Of a stretch of 52,860 nucleotides of DNA, positions 1 to 9,793 are shown piece after piece. Origin of the DNA: Flavobacteriaceae bacterium (GTDB lineage: Bacteria > Bacteroidota > Bacteroidia > Flavobacteriales > Flavobacteriaceae); the NCBI GenBank assembly GCA_030828565.1, contig JAURCF010000001.1, positions 1 to 52,860 of the forward strand. The letters run 5' to 3'. Each line of letters starts with the position of its first letter. Position 1 is the first letter of the stretch. Under the pieces are notes generated by a model. The model saw only the letters and a program-made list of their open reading frames with translations, was not told the DNA's origin and made no database searches. The translations under genes and the position numbers were made by a program.

Positions 1-816
1 AATCGACCCGAAATCATGAAATATTACCGACACGTGCAACGCTTTCCAGGAAATTTATTGATTTCCATCAAACGTTGGAGACTTGCCGAAGAATACTATG
101 TTCGTCAAGCTACAGCGGTGGTTGTTGTCACATCCTTTGCCAAAAACGAATTGATTAAACGCACTTCCATAAACCCCAAAAGGGTAGTGGTAATGTCCAA
201 TACGGTTCGAGAAGCCTTTTATAGTGAATATCCTATTGACAAGAAAATTGTAGATCGTTATGCGTCCAAATTTGTGCTTTTGTATTTGGGAAACACTTCC
301 GAGCGTCGTGGTTTGATGACCGTTTTAGAGGCAATGCCAAAACTTTTGAAACCAATAGCCTCGTTGCAACTGGTTGTTGTGGGAAGCAGTTCTTTTGATA
401 AGGATTTACAAAAAAGAATTGATGCGTTGAACATTTCAGAGTCAGTGGATCTTATGGGTTGGCAACCTGAGAATACGTTTCCGTCCTATATAGCTGCTGC
501 TGAGGTAGGAATTTCTCCGCTTCATTCCAATTTACATCATGACACAACCTATGCCAATAAGGTGTTTCAATATATGTCTTTAGGATTGCCGATGTTAGTG
601 AGCAATGTAGAAGCCCAGCAATTTTTGATTGATACATATGCCTCAGGGTTGAGTCACATTCCACAAGATGTGGAAGATTTTTCCAAAAAGGTATTGCATT
701 TGTATGAAAATCCAGAAATTAGAAAAAAAATGGCCAGCCATGGAAAAAAGGCTATTTTACAGCAATTAAATGCACAAGAAGCTACCAAAGAATTGATTTC
801 ATATTATGGACACTAA
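1..816 (+). CDS. glycosyltransferase, GT-B fold group 1 (GT4-like), 5' end outside the window
   Basis: The frame is open from nt 1 with no stop before the first ATG at 16, so the gene likely starts upstream. The product looks like the C-terminal Rossmann half of a GT4 enzyme (LQLVVVGSSSF; EVGISPLHSNLHHDTTYANKVFQYMSLGLPMLVS resembles the E-x7-E region). It overlaps the next GT gene by 11 nt. Confidence 0.7.
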   Translation, partial: NRPEIMKYYRHVQRFPGNLLISIKRWRLAEEYYVRQATAVVVVTSFAKNELIKRTSINPKRVVVMSNTVREAFYSEYPIDKKIVDRYASKFVLLYLGNTSERRGLMTVLEAMPKLLKPIASLQLVVVGSSSFDKDLQKRIDALNISESVDLMGWQPENTFPSYIAAAEVGISPLHSNLHHDTTYANKVFQYMSLGLPMLVSNVEAQQFLIDTYASGLSHIPQDVEDFSKKVLHLYENPEIRKKMASHGKKAILQQLNAQEATKELISYYGH

Positions 817-2080
817 TGCAAAAACAGTCTTGATTGTTACCTATTACTGGCCGCCTGCCGGTGGTTCGGGGGTGCAACGCTGGCTGTATTTTGCAAACGA
901 ACTCAAACAATTGGGGTGGAATCCTGTGATTGTTACCCAGAAAAATGCGGCTTATCCGCTTCGCGATGAATCCCTTGAGGATAAAATTGATAAAAGCATA
1001 GAAGTCCACAGGGTAAGGGGTTGGGAGCCTTTTAAAATTGCACAGATAGGCGCTTCAAGTAGGCAACAAGATTTGCTTACTCAAAAAGGACTTTGGCATT
1101 CTTTCAAGCGTTGGGTGCGAGCTGAATATTTTTTCCCCGATGCGCGAATGTTTTGGATTGCTCCTGTAGTTCGTTTTGTTCAACAATACGCAACGCGCCA
1201 TAAGATCGATGCACTTATTACAACAGGTCCTCCTCACAGTGCTCATATGATAGGGTATCGGCTTAAAAAAACACGGAATATTCCATGGTTGGTAGACTTC
1301 CGAGATCCTTGGTCTGATTTCTTTCAAAACAAACGGCTTTCTATGTCTAAACGAATGCAAAAAAAACATTTGCATTGGCAAAGCATTGTTTTAAAAAATG
1401 CTGATTTCGTGACTGTTACATCTCCGTCATTGAAGCAAAAATTTCAATTAATAAATACAAATTGTAAACTCCTTACAAACGGATACGAATCGCTCCTTAA
1501 AGGCATACAAAGCGAAAGTTTTTCGATCGTTTATACAGGTGTCATGAAAGCCATCCAAAACCCAGAAAATTTATGGAAAGTTTTGGGAGAGTTGGTTCGA
1601 GAGAATAACGATTTTGCCAGTGATTTTTCCATCCATTTGATAGGTGATTTTGACGAAACAATTTCAAAAAATATATTATCCGAAGGATTGCAAGTTCATA
1701 GTACGTTTTATGAGTATATGCCCAAAAGCAGTTTGGAGCCCTATATCACATCTGCCCATATGCTTCTTATGGTATCTGTAAACGATGAGGATTCGTATCA
1801 AATTATTCCTGGTAAATTGTTTGAATATATGGCAGCATGCCGTCCAATTTTGGCAATTGGGAATCCTGACGGTGACATGGCTTCGCTAATGAACAAAACC
1901 AAAACAGGACAAGTATTTGATTACTCTGAAAAGCAATTATTAAAAGAGTATATTATGCAAGCTTATAAACGTTTTAAAAAAGGAGAAGACCCAACAGCTA
2001 GCAATTCCTACATAGCGCCTTACAAACGAAGTGAATTGGCCAAACAATTAAGTGAACATCTAACACAAATGATATCCTAA
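806..2080 (+). CDS. glycosyltransferase (GT-B fold, group 1-like)
   Basis: 424-aa ORF. The N-terminus TVLIVTYYWPPAGGSGVQRW is typical of GT-B enzymes, and the C-terminal IPGKLFEYMAACRPILAIG segment looks donor-binding. It is embedded between a GT gene and a flippase gene. The family call is by resemblance only. Confidence 0.6.
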   Translation: MDTNAKTVLIVTYYWPPAGGSGVQRWLYFANELKQLGWNPVIVTQKNAAYPLRDESLEDKIDKSIEVHRVRGWEPFKIAQIGASSRQQDLLTQKGLWHSFKRWVRAEYFFPDARMFWIAPVVRFVQQYATRHKIDALITTGPPHSAHMIGYRLKKTRNIPWLVDFRDPWSDFFQNKRLSMSKRMQKKHLHWQSIVLKNADFVTVTSPSLKQKFQLINTNCKLLTNGYESLLKGIQSESFSIVYTGVMKAIQNPENLWKVLGELVRENNDFASDFSIHLIGDFDETISKNILSEGLQVHSTFYEYMPKSSLEPYITSAHMLLMVSVNDEDSYQIIPGKLFEYMAACRPILAIGNPDGDMASLMNKTKTGQVFDYSEKQLLKEYIMQAYKRFKKGEDPTASNSYIAPYKRSELAKQLSEHLTQMIS

Positions 2081-2081
2081 T

Positions 2082-3533
2082 ATGGGAATGGTAACCAGTC
2101 AGTCTGCAAAAAACATGGTCACCATTTTTGGTGCCTTTGCAATAGGTGCTGTCAACACGCTGTATTTATATCCTACTTTTTTAATGGAAACCTATTACGG
2201 ACTCGTTATATTTTTACTGGCAACTTCCAATTTGCTCATGCCGCTTATGGCTTTTGGAATCCAACATACGATCATTAAATTCTTTTCATCTTACACAGAT
2301 TCTGAACAGCAAGACCGTTTTTTATCAACGGCTATTTTATTGCCTTTAGCGGTAATTTTACCAACATCGTTGCTGGCCTTATGGGCTCACGACGGCCTGA
2401 TTGCTTGGATTTCTGCCAAAAACCCAATTATTGAATCGTATGCTTGGGTGATTTTATTGGTTGCGATAGCTACGGGTTATTTTGAAGTGTTTTATGCTTG
2501 GGCACGGGTTCAATTTCAGTCTGTTGTAGGAAATGTTTTAAAAGAAATTTTTCCTCGCGCGACTGTTTTTATTCTGATGTTTTGTGTGATGTTGGAAATT
2601 TTGTCCAAAGAAGATTTTGTATGGTGGCTTACGGGTGCCTATTTTCTTCGTTTGTTTCTTATGATACTCTATGCGTTTTCATTACATCGTCCACGATGGA
2701 CGTTTGTTTTACCTGATAATTTTAAGTCGGTGTTGTCTTATGCGGTTTTTATCATTGTTTCGGGCTCTGCTGCCAGTTTGTTGTTGGATATTGATAAGTT
2801 TATGATACCCCAAAAAGAAGCCATTGAGTTTACGGCTTTTTATGCAGTAGCGGTCTTTATAGCTACTATTGTAGAAGTTCCGGGTAGAGCACTCTTCCAA
2901 ATCCTTAATCCGTTAATGGCCAAAGCAATCAATGAAAATCAAACAGATGAAATTCAATCCCTTTATCAAAAAAGTTCGATCAATTTATTGGTATTTTCGG
3001 GCTGGTTGTTTTTGCTTATCAACTTGTCCATTCATTCTTTTTACGAAATGATTCCTCAAAAAGAATATGCCGGGGCAGTATGGGTGGTTTTGATAGTGTC
3101 GTTTGCCAAATTATTCCAAATGAGTTTTGGGTGCGGCCCCGCAATACTCGCCAATTCCAAGTTTTATAAAATTACATTGCCTTTTTCATTGGCTATGGGA
3201 CTGTCGGTTTATTTCTTAAACGATGTGTTGATTGATCGAATGGGAATCAACGGCGCAGCCCTTTCAACATTGATAGTGTTGGTGTTTTTTACGATTTTGA
3301 AGGTGATGTATATCCGTCAAAAAACAGGCACACAACCCTATACTTTCAAATCAATTCAACTATTGGCATGGATCGTAGTGTTGTTTGTGGCTTTTAACTT
3401 TCTTCAATGGGAATTGAACCCACTCCTTTCTATTGTGCTAACTTCACTAATGGTTACGGTGGTTTATTTTACCGCGGTGGTTATTTTTGGATTTTCTCCT
3501 GAATTGAACCGATGGTTAAAAAGGCGCTCTTAA
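2082..3533 (+). CDS. polysaccharide flippase, Wzx/MOP-family multi-pass membrane protein
   Basis: 483 aa, hydrophobic helices along the whole length, starts 1 nt after the preceding GT stop. Length and topology fit Wzx-type O-unit/EPS flippases. Confidence 0.65.
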   Translation: MGMVTSQSAKNMVTIFGAFAIGAVNTLYLYPTFLMETYYGLVIFLLATSNLLMPLMAFGIQHTIIKFFSSYTDSEQQDRFLSTAILLPLAVILPTSLLALWAHDGLIAWISAKNPIIESYAWVILLVAIATGYFEVFYAWARVQFQSVVGNVLKEIFPRATVFILMFCVMLEILSKEDFVWWLTGAYFLRLFLMILYAFSLHRPRWTFVLPDNFKSVLSYAVFIIVSGSAASLLLDIDKFMIPQKEAIEFTAFYAVAVFIATIVEVPGRALFQILNPLMAKAINENQTDEIQSLYQKSSINLLVFSGWLFLLINLSIHSFYEMIPQKEYAGAVWVVLIVSFAKLFQMSFGCGPAILANSKFYKITLPFSLAMGLSVYFLNDVLIDRMGINGAALSTLIVLVFFTILKVMYIRQKTGTQPYTFKSIQLLAWIVVLFVAFNFLQWELNPLLSIVLTSLMVTVVYFTAVVIFGFSPELNRWLKRRS

Positions 3534-4210
3534 TTTGTTATATTCATTTTTTTGAATTGCAACAGCAGGGTCTGATTTTTATCCAATAAAAATAACACGT
3601 CCTTGTTTAGACGGTAAAAAAACACGTTTTTTAACCCTCGATGAAATGCATCAGCAAGACGCATATCCTCACACCATCTTTTGGTAGATCCTATAGGTCC
3701 AATACGTATTTCATTTTCTGTAAAATGTTTTATCCCTCCAAAAAAACGATTACAGCTGTCGCTTCCATATAGGTTGTTTTGAGAAATATTAAAATGAATA
3801 GAAATCGCTTTACTGTTCTCCGATACCTTCGCACCATCAAGGTGGGTAAGCTGCCAATTTCCTTGCAATGCATTCAAGCTGTCTTTTATCTTTTTCAACT
3901 CCTTGACAAGCATATAAAGAATCGAGGAAGCATCTGCAGGAACTTCTTTAGGATTTAAATGCTCTTTTTGGAGAATCACTTTCTTAAGGTAGCCCTGTTC
4001 AAATTCAAACCCTTGAATTGAACTGTAAATAGTTTCCCATTGCGCTTTTTTGAGATTTTTTCCCTGAAACACTTCCAAGCATTCCATTTCTATCAACCCA
4101 GTGCATGGTTTTTTGTAGCCTCGAACCCAGTAGGTTGAATGTCTTGAAGAGGAGCAAGAGACAAATAAAAGAAGAATTAACACAAAGAAGAGTAGGTTTT
4201 TATTAATCAT
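3530..4210 (-). CDS. lipoprotein with META (HslJ-like) C-terminal domain
   Basis: Signal peptide with a lipobox-like LLFVSCSS. The C-terminal half (NWQLTHLDG...CNRFFGG...IRIGPIGSTKRWC) matches the META-domain pattern. The N-terminal half (YWVRGYKKPCTG..ECLEV) resembles DUF4377-type modules. Confidence 0.6.
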   Translation of the reverse strand: MINKNLLFFVLILLLFVSCSSSRHSTYWVRGYKKPCTGLIEMECLEVFQGKNLKKAQWETIYSSIQGFEFEQGYLKKVILQKEHLNPKEVPADASSILYMLVKELKKIKDSLNALQGNWQLTHLDGAKVSENSKAISIHFNISQNNLYGSDSCNRFFGGIKHFTENEIRIGPIGSTKRWCEDMRLADAFHRGLKNVFFYRLNKDVLFLLDKNQTLLLQFKKMNITN

Positions 4211-4332
4211 AATATTTTAAGCTTTGGAGTGAAACTCGTTTGAAATTGTAATTTACAAAAAAACCAAATAAACTTCTCACAACGCACTTTTTAACTCTTG
4301 AATAAATGCTTATTTTTACAAAAAAATAAACT

Positions 4333-5151
4333 ATGAGCCGGAACTGGACTTCCATTAAAACATATTCAGATATAAATTTTGAATTTTTCGAAGGGGTAGC
4401 CAAAATTACTATCAATCGACCTGAAGTATACAATGCTTTTCGTCCTGAAACCAACAACCAAATGTTGGAAGCGATGGACATTTGCCGTGAGCGAGAAGAC
4501 ATTGATGTTGTAGTTTTCACAGGAGCAGGCGACAAGGCTTTTTGTAGTGGAGGTGATCAAAATCTAAAAGGCACTGGTGGTTATATCGGCGAAGACGGTG
4601 TTCCTCGATTGAATGTATTGGATTTGCATAAAAAAATCAGAGAAATTCCCAAACCCGTTATTGCCATGGTAAACGGCTATGCTATTGGTGGTGGGCATGT
4701 TCTTCATGTGGTATGTGACTTGACAATTGCTAGTGAAAATGCGCGTTTTGGTCAAACAGGCCCCAAAGTAGGTAGTTTTGACGGTGGTTTTGGATCTTCT
4801 TATTTAGCACGACATGTAGGGCAAAAAAAAGCACGTGAAATTTGGTTTTTGTGTGAACAATACACCGCCCAAGAAGCAAAAGATATGGGAATGGTTAATA
4901 AAGTAGTTGCTCTAGATCATTTGGAAGATACAGTGATAGAATGGTGTAAAACCATGCAAAAACGCAGTCCTTTGGCGTTGCGTATGATCAAACGTAGTTT
5001 AAATGCCGAATTAGACGGCCAACACGGACTCATGCAGCTAGCAGGTGATGTGACTTTAATGTATTATTTGATGGAAGAAGCCCAAGAAGGAAAAAACGCC
5101 TTTTTGGAAAAAAGAGATCCTAATTTTAAAAAGTACCCAAAATTTCCATAA
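4333..5151 (+). CDS. menB: 1,4-dihydroxy-2-naphthoyl-CoA synthase
   Basis: 272-aa crotonase-fold protein with MenB hallmarks: [15 protein letters not shown] and [48 protein letters not shown]. It is followed by other men genes. Confidence 0.95.
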   Translation: MSRNWTSIKTYSDINFEFFEGVAKITINRPEVYNAFRPETNNQMLEAMDICREREDIDVVVFTGAGDKAFCSGGDQNLKGTGGYIGEDGVPRLNVLDLHKKIREIPKPVIAMVNGYAIGGGHVLHVVCDLTIASENARFGQTGPKVGSFDGGFGSSYLARHVGQKKAREIWFLCEQYTAQEAKDMGMVNKVVALDHLEDTVIEWCKTMQKRSPLALRMIKRSLNAELDGQHGLMQLAGDVTLMYYLMEEAQEGKNAFLEKRDPNFKKYPKFP

Positions 5152-5182
5152 ATTTATATCCAAACCCTCAAATGACCTACCT

Positions 5183-5773
5183 ATGCCTTATATTAAAAAT
5201 GAAGATTTGTCTTCTTTGTACAAAGAAATCGATGACAACTTAGAAAAAGTTCGTATTTGCCAAAAACAATATCAACTCTTAAAAAGTAAAGAACATGCAT
5301 CTTCAAAAAATAGAAATCCACAAACTATGACTGTTCTTTTTTGGATTGTTTTGTTAGCCTTTTTTTCTTATGCTGTAATGGTTTATCAAAAACCAGATTG
5401 GGTAGGTATTCCTTCCAAATCGATTTCTCCAGGGATGGTTCTTGTTTCTCAAGACAGCCTTGCTTCGTTACAGTTGGCTTCAAAAGAAATTCCTCAAGAA
5501 ACGATAGTTGAAGATTTTGATCTCAATGATGTGCCAGTGTACGCAGTGCAAATTGGAGCTTTTAAAAAGAAAGATTTGTCACTGTTTTCGGAAGGTTTTG
5601 TCAATTTTAGATTGTTCAAAAGCCGCTCATACAATACCTATTCGCTGGGCAATTTTTCTACCCACGAAGAAGCAAAGGCTTTTCAACGAGAGCTCATCTC
5701 TCTAGGATTTAAAGATCCTATTGTGGCTCTTTTTGAAAATGGACAACGAACATTAATTAATCCTAACGATTAG
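5183..5773 (+). CDS. single-pass membrane protein with C-terminal SPOR-like domain
   Basis: One TM helix (VLFWIVLLAFFSYAVMVY). The C-terminal VYAVQIGAFKKKD...YSLGNFSTHEEAKAFQRELISLGFKDPIV matches the SPOR repeat pattern. Its stop TAG (5771-5773) abuts the menA ATG (5774). Confidence 0.6.
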   Translation: MPYIKNEDLSSLYKEIDDNLEKVRICQKQYQLLKSKEHASSKNRNPQTMTVLFWIVLLAFFSYAVMVYQKPDWVGIPSKSISPGMVLVSQDSLASLQLASKEIPQETIVEDFDLNDVPVYAVQIGAFKKKDLSLFSEGFVNFRLFKSRSYNTYSLGNFSTHEEAKAFQRELISLGFKDPIVALFENGQRTLINPND

Positions 5774-6670
5774 ATGCATACCGTCCAAACATGGATTCAG
5801 GCTGCTCGACTGCGAACCCTTCCGCTTTCTATTTCAGGTATCCTTGTAGGGGCTTCCTTGGCAAAACTTCAAGGGTTTTTTGATACTTCTTTGTTTGTTT
5901 TGGCATTGTTAACGACTGTTTCGTATCAAATACTATCCAATTTTGCAAACGATTATGGAGACGGTGTAAAAGGAACAGACAATCAATATCGCATTGGTCC
6001 CGATAGAGCATTGCAATCGGGTGCGATAACAAAAAAATCATTACAAATAGGAATCACCATTAATATTGTAATTGCGTTGCTGTTTACCTTAGCTTTGATT
6101 GTTGCAGCTTTTTCAGACAATCTTGTATTGCTTTTTGTTTTTATGGGATTGGGAATCGTTTCGGTTTTAGCAGCTATTTTTTATACAGTTGGAAAAAATG
6201 CATACGGTTATCGAGGCTTTGGAGACATTTTTGTCTTTTTGTTTTTTGGTGGATTGGGCGTATTGGGTTCATGTTTTTTGTTTACTCAAAGCTTTCAATG
6301 GCTACACCTTTTACCGGCTGTTACCGTGGGAGCCATGAGCGTAGCGGTACTTAACCTCAATAATATGCGCGATGTTGACAACGATGCTGCCTCTAACAAA
6401 AAAACCTTGCCTGTCCTGTATGGAATGGGATTTGCCAAAACATACCATTTTATAATGCTTCTCATTGCTTTGGGATCGGTAGTTTGCTTTGCTTTAATGC
6501 AAAACATTTCTTTACTAATTTTGATAGCTTTCGTTCCTATTCTTTTTCATCTTAAACGAGTTGCTTGGATTGAAAAATCCATTGACTTTGATCCTGAATT
6601 GAAAGTGGTAGCCCTCAGTACATTTTTATTTTCCCTCCTCTTTTTAGGAATTGTATTTTTATTGTCATGA
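5774..6670 (+). CDS. menA: 1,4-dihydroxy-2-naphthoate polyprenyltransferase (UbiA family)
   Basis: 298 aa, about 8-9 TM helices, Asp-rich UbiA motifs NFANDYGDGVKG and NNMRDVDNDAASNKKT, men operon context. Confidence 0.9.
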   Translation: MHTVQTWIQAARLRTLPLSISGILVGASLAKLQGFFDTSLFVLALLTTVSYQILSNFANDYGDGVKGTDNQYRIGPDRALQSGAITKKSLQIGITINIVIALLFTLALIVAAFSDNLVLLFVFMGLGIVSVLAAIFYTVGKNAYGYRGFGDIFVFLFFGGLGVLGSCFLFTQSFQWLHLLPAVTVGAMSVAVLNLNNMRDVDNDAASNKKTLPVLYGMGFAKTYHFIMLLIALGSVVCFALMQNISLLILIAFVPILFHLKRVAWIEKSIDFDPELKVVALSTFLFSLLFLGIVFLLS

Positions 6671-7716
6671 AAGCTCGCATTTTAAAGCACATATTGCATT
6701 TTAAGCAACCTAGCGGAACTTCGCGCGGGGTGCTTTATGACAAACCAACATGGTTTATAATCCTCGAAAATGAAAACAGTATAGGAGTAGGGGAATGCAG
6801 TATGTTGAAAGGATTGAGTTTGGATGATCGTCCCGACTACGAACAAAAACTACAATGGGTTTGTGATAACATTTATTTTGGAGAACAGCAATTGTATGCC
6901 GATTTAGTGGATTTTCCATCCATTCAGTTTGGTGTTGAAACGGCCTTTCGATCCCTAAAAAACCAAGATCCTTTTCAATTGTTTCCTTCTCCTTTTAGCA
7001 AAGGACAAAGTTCCATTCCTATCAATGGATTGGTATGGATGGGTTCTAAAGAGTTTATGCGTCAACAAATTGTTGACAAAATTGAAAATGGGTTTGATTG
7101 CATCAAACTTAAAATCGGCGCCATTGATTTTGAAACGGAATGCCTTCTTCTTCAATCCATTCGCAAAAATTTTTCAGCAGCAGAAATAGAAATTCGTGTA
7201 GATGCCAATGGAGCATTTGCTCCATCGGAGGCTTTGGAAAAACTCAAAAGATTGTCTGATTTTAATATCCACTCTATTGAACAGCCGATTGCGGTCAATC
7301 AATGGGATGCAATGGCAGGGTTGTGCGAGCAGTCGCCCATTGACATTGCCTTGGACGAAGAATTGATTGGTGTTTTTTCGGATTCAAAAAGAATGAAATT
7401 GTTGGATACCATTCGACCTCACTATTTGATACTCAAGCCCAGTCTGATAGGCGGGTGGCAAGGCAGCGAATCGTGGATTGATGCGGCCCAGCAATGCAAA
7501 ATTTCTTGGTGGGCCACAAGCGCCCTCGAAAGTAATATTGGACTTAATGCCATCGCTCAATGGGTTTTTATCAAACAAAACCCACTCAAACAAGGGTTAG
7601 GAACCGGAGCTTTATATACAAATAATATTGAAGCCCCTTTGGAGGTTCAAAAGGGTTTTTTATCGTATAATCAACAATCCTCCTGGGATTTTAAACTTAA
7701 TGAGTCATGTTTATAG
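6667..7716 (+). CDS. menC: o-succinylbenzoate synthase (enolase superfamily)
   Basis: Enolase-superfamily catalytic pattern: CIKLKIG, IRVDANGAF, SIEQP, ALDEE, ILKPSLIGG. ATGA start/stop overlap with menA at 6667-6670. Confidence 0.8.
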   Translation: MKARILKHILHFKQPSGTSRGVLYDKPTWFIILENENSIGVGECSMLKGLSLDDRPDYEQKLQWVCDNIYFGEQQLYADLVDFPSIQFGVETAFRSLKNQDPFQLFPSPFSKGQSSIPINGLVWMGSKEFMRQQIVDKIENGFDCIKLKIGAIDFETECLLLQSIRKNFSAAEIEIRVDANGAFAPSEALEKLKRLSDFNIHSIEQPIAVNQWDAMAGLCEQSPIDIALDEELIGVFSDSKRMKLLDTIRPHYLILKPSLIGGWQGSESWIDAAQQCKISWWATSALESNIGLNAIAQWVFIKQNPLKQGLGTGALYTNNIEAPLEVQKGFLSYNQQSSWDFKLNESCL

Positions 7717-8627
7717 AAAATGCATTCAAAGCCAAAACTGATTTTTGGAGATATCTTGTAGGTTCGATGATTGTAATTGCAGCAAATCTTATTGCTCAAA
7801 TTCCCTTTGTGGTTGCAGTTGCTTTTAAGATAGGGCCTGACCAAAGGGAAAATCTGTCTCAAAACGCATTGATGCAAGTACTCGATTCCAACTTGACTTT
7901 CTTCCTACTAATGATTCCTTTTGCTGTTTCGTTATTGTTTTTGTTTTTAGTCATCAAACAAATACACAATCAATCTATAGTTTCCGTCACTACATCACGC
8001 CCTTGTATTGACTGGAGTAGAGTGCGTTTTTCTTTTTTGCTATTAGCTTCATTAATAGTCATTTCCACAGCTATTGAATATCAAATGAATCCCGAAGATT
8101 TTGTTTGGAATTTTAAGACGACTCCATTTTTAATACTGTTGGTTTTGGCTATTGTTTTTGTTCCGCTTCAAACCAGTTTGGAAGAATACCTTTTTAGAGG
8201 GTATTTGATGCAAGGTTTGGGTGTGTTGGCAAAAAATCGTTGGATTCCGCTTTTGGTTACTTCACTAATTTTTGGAGGCTTGCATTTTGCCAATCCAGAA
8301 GTGGAAAAATTAGGGTCGTTTTTATTGGTTTATTATGTTGGCACTGGTTTGTTTTTAGGCATTATTACCCTGATGGATGAAGGAATGGAGTTGGCTCTAG
8401 GATTTCATGCCGCAAACAACCTTGTAGTTGCCTTGTTGGTTACAACCGATTGGACTGCGTTTCAAACCAACTCAATTTTCCTAGATGTTTCCGAACCTAG
8501 TTTGCTACCGGTTTATGCTGCGCTTGGTTTTTTCTATCCCTTAATGCTTTTTATTTTTGCTAAGAAATACGGGTGGAAAAATTGGACTGAAAAACTAACA
8601 GGAAAAATTAAAGTTTCAAAACCCTAA
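7707..8627 (+). CDS. CPBP (CAAX-protease type) intramembrane metalloprotease family protein
   Basis: 306-aa polytopic protein with the three CPBP motifs: EEYLFRGYL, FGGLHF and GFHAANN. It overlaps menC by 10 nt and menE by 1 nt. Confidence 0.8.
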   Translation: MFIENAFKAKTDFWRYLVGSMIVIAANLIAQIPFVVAVAFKIGPDQRENLSQNALMQVLDSNLTFFLLMIPFAVSLLFLFLVIKQIHNQSIVSVTTSRPCIDWSRVRFSFLLLASLIVISTAIEYQMNPEDFVWNFKTTPFLILLVLAIVFVPLQTSLEEYLFRGYLMQGLGVLAKNRWIPLLVTSLIFGGLHFANPEVEKLGSFLLVYYVGTGLFLGIITLMDEGMELALGFHAANNLVVALLVTTDWTAFQTNSIFLDVSEPSLLPVYAALGFFYPLMLFIFAKKYGWKNWTEKLTGKIKVSKP

Positions 8628-9694
8628 TGATTCCATCTTTTCACAATATACATTCCCAATTTCGATGGAACGGTCAGAAACATGCTGTTGATAGTTTATT
8701 GACTTTAGCAAATGAATATTTGTTAATTGATAATGAGTACAGGCAATCTATTGGTGTTTTTATAAAGGACTGGTTTGACGAATCGCCAACTATAACTCTC
8801 AATACATCAGGTTCAACAGGAATCCCTAAAGCGATTACAATTGCTAAAAAATCAATGGTAGCGTCAGCTATGGCTACAGGTGACTTCTTTCGTTTACAGC
8901 CTGGTATGACGGCTTTGCTATGTTTGCCTGCCTATTATATCGGAGGGAAAATGATGTTGGTACGCGCATGGCTTCTGGGGCTGGAACTTACTGAAATAAA
9001 CCCTAACCAAGATCCGCTGTCTGCTAGTGAGGCTGTTTTTGATTTTTGTGCTATGACTCCTCACCAACTTTCCAACTCGTTGAAAAATCTATCCCAAATC
9101 AAAACCTTGCTTGTTGGGGGAGCTCCAGTATCAGAAACACTTTGTAAAAAAATTAAAGCCTCGACTGCTAGAGTATATGAAACCTATGGAATGACTGAAA
9201 CAGTATCTCATATTGCAGTTCGCCTTTTAAACGGTCAAGCAAATAATAATTTTTTTCAAACGCTTCCCAATGTGATATTATCGGAAGATTCAAGGGGTTG
9301 TTTGGTCGTTCACGCTTCCCAAATTTCAACAGCACCGATAGTCACAAACGATTTGGTTCGCTTGCATTCTCCCACTTCTTTTGAATGGTTGGGTAGGGTA
9401 GATCGGGTTGTAAATAGTGGAGGAATTAAATTGATTCCTGAGCAAATAGAACGCGCTCTAGCCTCTTTATTTACCCAGCGTTTTTTTGTAGCCGGGCTTC
9501 CCGATCCTCAATACGGTCAAAAACTTGTGCTTGTTGTTGAAGGAAATTCTGCGGAGCAATCGATAACTTCTCTCAAACAAGAGAGTTCCTTGCCAACCAT
9601 TCAACTTCCCAAAGAAGTTTTTGTGGTTGCCAAGTTTTTGGAAACCCCAAGCGGCAAAATCAACCGATTGGCAGTTTTAGAATCACTCTGCTAA
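8627..9694 (+). CDS. menE: o-succinylbenzoate-CoA ligase, short form (ANL adenylating enzyme)
   Basis: ANL motifs TSGSTGIPKA, YETYGMTET, GGIKLIPEQIE and a terminal GKINR. The protein is only 355 aa, with the P-loop already at residues 60-68. men operon context. Confidence 0.75.
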   Translation: MIPSFHNIHSQFRWNGQKHAVDSLLTLANEYLLIDNEYRQSIGVFIKDWFDESPTITLNTSGSTGIPKAITIAKKSMVASAMATGDFFRLQPGMTALLCLPAYYIGGKMMLVRAWLLGLELTEINPNQDPLSASEAVFDFCAMTPHQLSNSLKNLSQIKTLLVGGAPVSETLCKKIKASTARVYETYGMTETVSHIAVRLLNGQANNNFFQTLPNVILSEDSRGCLVVHASQISTAPIVTNDLVRLHSPTSFEWLGRVDRVVNSGGIKLIPEQIERALASLFTQRFFVAGLPDPQYGQKLVLVVEGNSAEQSITSLKQESSLPTIQLPKEVFVVAKFLETPSGKINRLAVLESLC

Positions 9695-9793
9695 GTTTAT
9701 TTCAACGAAGATTGTTAAAATAATTCTAAGATTTAATAATGATTAAAGCGAAATCACGATATTTGACATCCAATAACAATCAATAACAATTGT

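Noticed and set aside
4203-4535. 110-aa minus-strand ORF spanning the menB promoter and 5' end
   Set aside because: It lies antisense to the highly conserved menB N-terminus and overlaps the META lipoprotein start. It is a shadow ORF.
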